Shown: piece after piece, positions 58,227-64,000 of the stretch
Position numbering within the stretch: the first letter of the stretch is position 1
How the letters are laid out: every line of letters begins with the position of its first letter
Source: Patescibacteria group bacterium
GTDB taxonomy: Bacteria > Patescibacteriota > Microgenomatia > UBA1400 > PJMF01
Length of the DNA: 64,000 nucleotides
Assembly: GCA_019454415.1 (NCBI GenBank)
Contig: JACFOI010000002.1
Span: 9,474 to 73,473 of the forward strand
Direction of reading: 5' to 3'
Notes under the pieces: generated by a model
What the model saw: only the letters and a program-made list of their open reading frames with translations
Database searches by the model: none
Told to the model about the DNA's origin: nothing
Program-made: the position numbers and the translations under genes

Positions 58227-60174
58227 ATACACTATCTCAACGGGGAAGGTCTATCCATATCGTGCGACTTGGCTAACAGTCACATGCGCAGCCTGTGCAC
58301 TCTTTACCGTGCTTTTTTTGCGACTGGGAGATATTCAGCTGGCCAACGGAGAGACATTTCAGGAACAGGCGGACGAAAACCGTTTCTTCCGCCAGCCGCT
58401 TCCTGCACAGCGTGGATTAATTTTGGATCGTTATGGTGATCCGCTCGTCTGGAACATTCAGCAGTACTTTCAAGTCTCCGATCCTCAAGTGCTCTTCCCG
58501 GTGTTAACGCCGATCACCCGAGAGTCTGCACTTCAGCTGGTTGCTACCGCTGGAGCCGAAGCAGTCACCACTCAGCCTCAACGCCTGTATCGCTTTCCCA
58601 ACTCACTCGCTCATGTGGTGGGCTATGTGGGGGAGGTGACGGCTGAGGATCTACAACGTTCTTCGGAGTTTCGGCCGGGAATGACTATCGGCAAAGCCGG
58701 ATTGGAACTCCAATATCAGGACTCGCTGCGGGGTGTAGAGGGTAATGTCACCTATGAAGTTGATGCACTTGGTCGTAAACAACGCCAGGTACAAGTTCAG
58801 TCGGCAGTCACCGGCAAAGACTTGGGCACCAGCATAGATCCGTATTTAACTGAGTACGTCGCTCGGCAGCTGGGAGATGTGCTGGGTACCGCTATCGTTA
58901 CTGATGCTGCCAACGGAAAAGTATTGGTATTGACCAGCAAGCCTGCGTTTGACCCGAATCTTTTTACTCAAGTCAGTCAAGATATTTCCAAAGAAGTAGA
59001 CCGTAAACAACAAGTGGCTGCATTGTTCCAGGATCCACGAAATCTATTTTTTAACCGTGCGATCTCCGGTGCCTATCCACCAGGGTCAGTGTTTAAATTA
59101 ATGACGGCACTTGCCGGGCTCGAAAACCAAAAAATTGATCAGTCTACCCAGGTAGTTGATGAGGGGGTGTTGAAAGTCGGGGAGTACCAGTTTGGCAACT
59201 GGTACTACCGCCAGTACGGAAGAGTAGAAGGTCCGATTGCACTGGAACGGGCAATTGCACGCAGTAACGATATTTACTTTTATAAAGTAGCCGAATGGGT
59301 GGGGCCGAGCGGATTGGCAGAGTTTGCCCGGATGTTCGGGTTTGGTGACAGAACGGGGATTGAGCTGCCAGCTGAAGCGCGGGGAGTAGTTCCAGACCCG
59401 GAATGGAAAGAGAAAGTCAAAGGAGAGCAGTGGTTTTTGGGAAATACCTACCACTTTGGCATTGGACAGGGAGACGTGCTGACTACACCAATCCAAGTGG
59501 CACAGATGAGTCAGGCGCTGGCAAATGGGGGAGCAGTCTGTCCTTTATCAGTTCTGGCAGGAGACACCACGAACGGCAATATCCAAACAGGAAATACTTC
59601 TCAATGCCATCAAGTTGGCATTCCCATCGAACACTGGAAGTTAGTGCTCAATGGTATGATGGGGGCGTGTTCTGAGGGAGGGACTGCTTTCCCATTTTTC
59701 AGCTATAACACGGGCAAGTACGACCCACAAAAAGCCGCGGACCTCAACTTTGCCAATGGTGCCGTTGCTTGTAAAACCGGAACTGCTGAGTTCGGGGCCG
59801 CGGATGAGAAGGGTCACCGCCGAACACATGCCTGGTTTACAGCGCTGTTGACGCTGCCACAAGCTGAAGGACAGGCAGGCGCAGTTGCCAGCCCAAGCGC
59901 CGAAGCTAGCTCCAGTGCAGATGTTGCGGGAACGGCAGAGTTATCGGAATCGATGTCAGCAACGATCCCTCCATCCAAGATTAAGGCTGTCTCAGAGATG
60001 AGTGACGAAGAGCTTCATCAGCTCTGGAAAGAAAAGATACAGAAGTTTGGTTTTCCTGCAAAAATTACCGTGACTGTGCTCGTAGAGAGTGATGAAAAGG
60101 TTCCTTTCCGTGAGGGTTCTGCCGATGCAGGTCCGATCGTCAGAAAGATTGTTGACTGGTTAGCAAGTCCCTGA
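58207..60174 (+). CDS. mrdA: Penicillin-binding protein 2 (elongasome transpeptidase) with a roughly 130-aa acidic C-terminal extension
   Basis: An N-terminal TM helix is followed by the PBP dimerisation domain. GSVFK is the SxxK motif, SND the SxN motif, and KTGTAE the KTG motif. Confidence 0.85.
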   Translation: MQSLESKYTISTGKVYPYRATWLTVTCAACALFTVLFLRLGDIQLANGETFQEQADENRFFRQPLPAQRGLILDRYGDPLVWNIQQYFQVSDPQVLFPVLTPITRESALQLVATAGAEAVTTQPQRLYRFPNSLAHVVGYVGEVTAEDLQRSSEFRPGMTIGKAGLELQYQDSLRGVEGNVTYEVDALGRKQRQVQVQSAVTGKDLGTSIDPYLTEYVARQLGDVLGTAIVTDAANGKVLVLTSKPAFDPNLFTQVSQDISKEVDRKQQVAALFQDPRNLFFNRAISGAYPPGSVFKLMTALAGLENQKIDQSTQVVDEGVLKVGEYQFGNWYYRQYGRVEGPIALERAIARSNDIYFYKVAEWVGPSGLAEFARMFGFGDRTGIELPAEARGVVPDPEWKEKVKGEQWFLGNTYHFGIGQGDVLTTPIQVAQMSQALANGGAVCPLSVLAGDTTNGNIQTGNTSQCHQVGIPIEHWKLVLNGMMGACSEGGTAFPFFSYNTGKYDPQKAADLNFANGAVACKTGTAEFGAADEKGHRRTHAWFTALLTLPQAEGQAGAVASPSAEASSSADVAGTAELSESMSATIPPSKIKAVSEMSDEELHQLWKEKIQKFGFPAKITVTVLVESDEKVPFREGSADAGPIVRKIVDWLASP

Positions 60175-60219
60175 GTCGTTTTTCTGTCTGAGGTTCATCT
60201 AAATCGCTTTCATGGAATT

Positions 60220-61182
60220 TTGCGCGAAAAACATACGCTTCGTGTAAGGTCTGTGAGATATCTTCTTGCCATGAGATATACAAGGAAGATTGAGCTGCCA
60301 AGAGAAGAGAAGCTAAAAGGAATGGCTGTGCTGCTGGCGGTGCCGGGTTTCGGACGCGCGACAGTCCGCGAGTTGATAAAAGTCTGGGAACGTAAAGGAT
60401 TTACTGTCGCTGAGGCATGGTCTCAGCAGACACGTTGGAAGTATCGAGGCTTTGAGTTATCGGAGCAGCAACGGGTAGCTCTCAATGAGTTCCGCCAAAC
60501 GTGGACAGTTGAAGGATACTGGCAGCATCTTCATCAAGGAGGTGTAGAGGTCTTACCTCATTGGCAGTTTCCCGAGCTTCTTCAGCAGATTACTGATCCA
60601 CCACTCTTGCTATTTCTCAAAGGAAACATAGGGTGTCTGCGACCCACACATATTGCAGTAGTGGGCAGCCGAACACCCACTCGGTATGGTCAATGGGCCA
60701 CTCAACGCATTGTTAGTCAGTTGTTAGAAAAGGATGTCTCGATCGTGTCAGGTTTTATGGTGGGAATCGACTATCAATCCCATCAAGTTGCTGTCCAGGT
60801 GGGCGGAAGGTCGGTGGGAGTGCTGGGTTTTGGCTGGGGAAAAATGTACCCGCGGCACTTATCCCGAGCTGCAGAGGAGTTTCTGGCAGCTGGAAATTTG
60901 TTTGTGACGGAGTATCCACCTGGTTTTCCACCCAGTCCTGGCCAGTTTCCGGCCAGAAACAGAATTGTGGCTGGTTTGGCTGCGGCGACGCTGGTGGTCG
61001 AGGCTCGAGAAAAGAGTGGCAGCTTGATCACGGCTCAATGCGCGTTGGAAGCAGGCAGAGTAGTCGGAGCAGTTCCCGGTCCAATTGATAGTGTGTATAG
61101 TCAAGGTACGCATTTTTTGTTAAGGCAGGGCGCCTTGCTTGTCGAGAGTGGACGGGATGTACTCGAGGAACTGAAGCTGTGA
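60220..61182 (+). CDS. dprA: DNA processing protein DprA/Smf
   Basis: HIAVVGSRTPTRYGQWATQ, VSGFMVGIDYQSHQ and ARNRIVAGLAAATLVVEAREKSGSLITA make up the Rossmann-like DprA domain. The start may be internal. Confidence 0.8.
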   Translation: MREKHTLRVRSVRYLLAMRYTRKIELPREEKLKGMAVLLAVPGFGRATVRELIKVWERKGFTVAEAWSQQTRWKYRGFELSEQQRVALNEFRQTWTVEGYWQHLHQGGVEVLPHWQFPELLQQITDPPLLLFLKGNIGCLRPTHIAVVGSRTPTRYGQWATQRIVSQLLEKDVSIVSGFMVGIDYQSHQVAVQVGGRSVGVLGFGWGKMYPRHLSRAAEEFLAAGNLFVTEYPPGFPPSPGQFPARNRIVAGLAAATLVVEAREKSGSLITAQCALEAGRVVGAVPGPIDSVYSQGTHFLLRQGALLVESGRDVLEELKL

Positions 61183-61219
61183 TATTATGCCCTGTACGCA
61201 ATTTCGACGAATTTGAGTT

Positions 61220-63424
61220 ATGAAACTTGTCTTAGTAGAGTCACCAACCAAAGCTCGAAAGCTGAGTGGGTACCTCGATAAACAGTACGTTGTTCGGGCC
61301 TCAGTCGGACATATTCGGGATTTACCCAAGTCAAAGCTGGGTGTTGATGTGGCGCGCGGATTTGAGCCGGAGTACTTGATTCCCAAGGACAAGCAAAAGG
61401 TCGTCAAGGAGCTGCAGCAACTGGCCAAAAGCGCTGAGATCGTCATTCTGGCTACTGACCCTGACCGTGAAGGTGAAGCGATTGGCTGGCACTTGCAACA
61501 GGTCTTGGGTCCAAAAGTGGAAAAGGACACGCCTTTTGTCCGTTCCACCTTCCACGAGATTACTAAACAGGCTGTTCTTGACGCCATTTCTCATCCGGAA
61601 CAGCTCAACATGAACTTGGTAGATGCGCAGCAAGCTCGTAGAGTGCTGGACCGCTTGGTCGGTTACTCAGTTTCGCCGGTACTCTGGAAGAAGATCCGCT
61701 ATGGTCTGTCTGCCGGACGAGTTCAGTCAGTAGCACTTCGTCTGATCGTAGAGCGTGAACGAGAGATTGAGGCGTTTGTTCCGGAAGAGTACTGGGAACT
61801 GGATGTGCTGCTCGATACTGCCGTAGGGAATAGTGGAAAAGTAGACCAGGAATGGAAGAGCGGCAAGCCAGAGGATACCCCTGCGGGAATGCTCGTGGCT
61901 CGATTGGTCAAGCTGGATGGCAAAGAGTACAAGCCGACGAATGCCCAGGATGTCTTACCAGTAGTGGGTGTACTTCCCGGCGCAGCGTATGAAGTAGTTT
62001 CAATCGAGAACAAAGAGCGTCGTCGCTCCGCTCCGCCGCCATTCAGCACCTCCACCCTTCAACAGCAAGCCGCTACCAGACTTGGGTACACTTCCAAGAA
62101 CACCATGCGCCTGGCCCAACAGCTCTACGAAGAAGGTCTGATTACGTATCATCGTACCGACTCTCTCAACATTGCTGGTCAGGCTATTCAAGCAGCCCGT
62201 GGTTACCTCGAGCATGTCTATGGCGCCCAGTATGTCCCGGCCAAGCCGAACTACTACTCCAACAAGTCCAAGAATGCCCAAGAAGCACACGAAGCGATTC
62301 GTCCGACTGACGTTCAGCTCAGTCCGGAACGGATGCGGAGCATGCACGTTGGTAAACTGACCGAACAACATGCAAGGCTTTATGAGTTGATCTGGCGTCG
62401 TTTCCTAGCGAGTCAGATGCCGCCAGCTGTTTACGACCAGACGACCGCGATGATCTCATTTGCCGCAGCCGATCAGTCGCATACCGGTCAGCTGAAAGTG
62501 ACGGGTTCTGTTCTGAAGTTTGATGGCTGGATGAAGCTTTTCCCCAATCAGGGGGACGTGATTTTGCCGCCTTTAACAGAGAAGCAACCCTTGGAGTATC
62601 GTGACCACTTGGATGCACAGAAGTTTACCCAACCGCCGCCACGCTATAACGATGCCTCACTGATTAAGACGCTTGAACAAGAAGGAATTGGCCGTCCGAG
62701 TACCTACGCTTCGATCATCTCGGTGATTGAGGATCGAGGCTACGTCGAGCGCAAAGAGAAGAAGTTCTTCCCAACGCCGATCGGAATGGCTGTCAGCGAC
62801 TTTCTGCTGGCCCACTTCCAGAAAATCGTAGACTACAAGTTCACAGCCAATATGGAAGACGATCTGGACGCGATCTCGCGGGGTGAAAAAGAGTGGCGCA
62901 AGATTATCGCTGAGTTCTATGGACCGCTTGAGAAAACAGTGGGCGAAGTTGTCGAAAATGCCGACCGTGCCCAGATTCCCGTCGAAAAAACCGGCGAGCC
63001 CTGTCCGAAGTGTGGAGCCACGGAAGGTGGTGAGGTCGTAATCCGGACGGGTCGGTTTGGCAAGTTCAAAAGTTGCAGCAGGTTCCCGGCCTGTGACTAC
63101 ACGGAGAACATCGTCAACAAAGTAGAGGGTGTCATGTGTCCGCTTTGTCATGAGGGTGAAGTGCTGATTAAGCCCACTCGGTATGGTCGTGACTTCTATA
63201 GTTGCAGCCGTTACCCCAAGTGTGACTGGGCCAGTTGGCAGAAACCAAAGCCTGGCGACGTGATCACCAAAGAACAGTGGGAACAAGTCAAAGCGGAACG
63301 GGAAGAACGACGAAAAGCCAAGGAAGCGAACGGAAAGACGACCGGAAAAGCCGTCGCCCGTAAGCCCCGAGCCAAAAAAGCAACCAAGACAAAGAAAAAA
63401 GCTGCCCCGTCTAAAAAATCTTAG
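61220..63424 (+). CDS. topA: DNA topoisomerase I
   Basis: MKLVLVESPTKARKLSGYL is the TOPRIM N-terminus. ITYHRTDS carries the catalytic Tyr region. The C-terminus has three Cys4 zinc ribbons (CPKCGA..., CSRFPACDY, CPLCHEG...CSRYPKCDW) and a Lys-rich tail. Confidence 0.9.
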   Translation: MKLVLVESPTKARKLSGYLDKQYVVRASVGHIRDLPKSKLGVDVARGFEPEYLIPKDKQKVVKELQQLAKSAEIVILATDPDREGEAIGWHLQQVLGPKVEKDTPFVRSTFHEITKQAVLDAISHPEQLNMNLVDAQQARRVLDRLVGYSVSPVLWKKIRYGLSAGRVQSVALRLIVEREREIEAFVPEEYWELDVLLDTAVGNSGKVDQEWKSGKPEDTPAGMLVARLVKLDGKEYKPTNAQDVLPVVGVLPGAAYEVVSIENKERRRSAPPPFSTSTLQQQAATRLGYTSKNTMRLAQQLYEEGLITYHRTDSLNIAGQAIQAARGYLEHVYGAQYVPAKPNYYSNKSKNAQEAHEAIRPTDVQLSPERMRSMHVGKLTEQHARLYELIWRRFLASQMPPAVYDQTTAMISFAAADQSHTGQLKVTGSVLKFDGWMKLFPNQGDVILPPLTEKQPLEYRDHLDAQKFTQPPPRYNDASLIKTLEQEGIGRPSTYASIISVIEDRGYVERKEKKFFPTPIGMAVSDFLLAHFQKIVDYKFTANMEDDLDAISRGEKEWRKIIAEFYGPLEKTVGEVVENADRAQIPVEKTGEPCPKCGATEGGEVVIRTGRFGKFKSCSRFPACDYTENIVNKVEGVMCPLCHEGEVLIKPTRYGRDFYSCSRYPKCDWASWQKPKPGDVITKEQWEQVKAEREERRKAKEANGKTTGKAVARKPRAKKATKTKKKAAPSKKS

Positions 63425-63432
63425 ACACCACA

Positions 63433-64000
63433 ATGACAGACACCTTGCAGCCGTTACGCATCGCCCTTTTTGGAGGTAGTTTTGATCCTCCACACGTTGC
63501 TCATCGAGATATTGCACTTTATCTTTTGCAAAACAGGATCGCTGATCTGGTTTGGTATGTGCCGGTCAAACATCATCCGTTCGGTAAAACAGTTCACTCC
63601 GACACTGTCAGAGTGGAGATGTTAACGCTGATGTTGGAGCAGATGAAGAGGGAACATCCCGAGTTGGCTGGTCAGTTACGCATCGAAACCCACGAACTTG
63701 AACAGAATCAGGTCAGTTACACGCTTGAAACCCTTCAAAGCTTACGTCAAAAGTACCCGCAGCATCACTTCCGCTGGGTTATCGGGACGGACAATCTAGC
63801 CAAGTTTGATCAGTGGAATGGTTACCCTCAGATCCTGCAAGAGTTTGGGGTGATCGTTTATCCCAGAGAAGGATCACTGGCTGAACCTCTACGGGAAGGA
63901 ATGGAGTTCTTGGCAAATGCACCGAAAGTGACGGTCTCATCAACAGAAGTACGTGCTTTAGCAGCGTCCGGGAAAACACTCGAGGGACGACTCACTCCTG
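63433..64000 (+). CDS. nadD: Nicotinate-nucleotide adenylyltransferase (NadD). The 3' end lies beyond the window
   Basis: LFGGSFDPPHVAH is the (H/T)xGH nucleotidyltransferase motif. WVIGTDNLAKFDQW and a SSTEVR-like motif follow. Confidence 0.8.
   Translation, partial: MTDTLQPLRIALFGGSFDPPHVAHRDIALYLLQNRIADLVWYVPVKHHPFGKTVHSDTVRVEMLTLMLEQMKREHPELAGQLRIETHELEQNQVSYTLETLQSLRQKYPQHHFRWVIGTDNLAKFDQWNGYPQILQEFGVIVYPREGSLAEPLREGMEFLANAPKVTVSSTEVRALAASGKTLEGRLTP

Overview
This 64 kb window reads like core chromosome of a small, streamlined bacterium, probably Patescibacteria/CPR-like (Saccharibacteria-type), using the standard genetic code. I infer the lineage from gene content and protein architecture, not from a database search.

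Core content found:
- Translation: partial typA/bipA, obg, leuS, argS, epmA, efp, fmt, def, rpmG, rpmB, and the secE-nusG-rplK-rplA-rplJ-rplL cluster.
- Cell envelope and shape: an mreB-mreC-mreD-PBP2 operon plus a second MreB paralog, and an O-antigen-ligase/TPR fusion.
- Glycosylation: several glycosyltransferases (WecG/TagA-type, GalU, a GT-B enzyme, a processive GT2 synthase).
- Competence and DNA metabolism: comEA, comEC (split into two ORFs), dprA, topA, ndk, partial nadD.
- Eight tRNA genes inferred by manual folding: Arg-CCG, Arg-CCU, Pro-CGG, Thr-GGU, Thr-UGU, Tyr-GUA, Trp-CCA.
- Many lineage-specific secreted or membrane hypotheticals.

No rRNA, CRISPR array, transposase or integrase was recognised.

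The points most worth a second look:
1. A tightly coupled mazG-like / epmA / unknown 266-aa ORF / efp operon. This may be a variant EF-P lysylation module; no EpmB is present in the window.
2. An eRF1/Pelota-like (baeRF-like) protein sitting next to a DUF892 ferritin-like protein.
3. A 1673-aa secreted giant protein with internal ~90-aa repeats and a phage-tail-fibre-type S74 intramolecular-chaperone domain. It is divergent from a processive GT2 synthase.
4. A dockerin-bearing Cys-rich secreted protein next to a membrane-anchored CARDB / possible cohesin-like surface protein.
5. A seven-fold ~36-aa helical-repeat protein bracketed by two divergent tRNA-Thr genes.
6. A 1.5 kb ORF-free AT-rich region upstream of leuS carrying several DnaA-box-like 9-mers.
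7. A comEC gene broken by frameshift or split.

I could not identify any single canonical defence or mobile system. Every functional call is a by-eye motif recognition and should be confirmed by HMM or BLAST searches.
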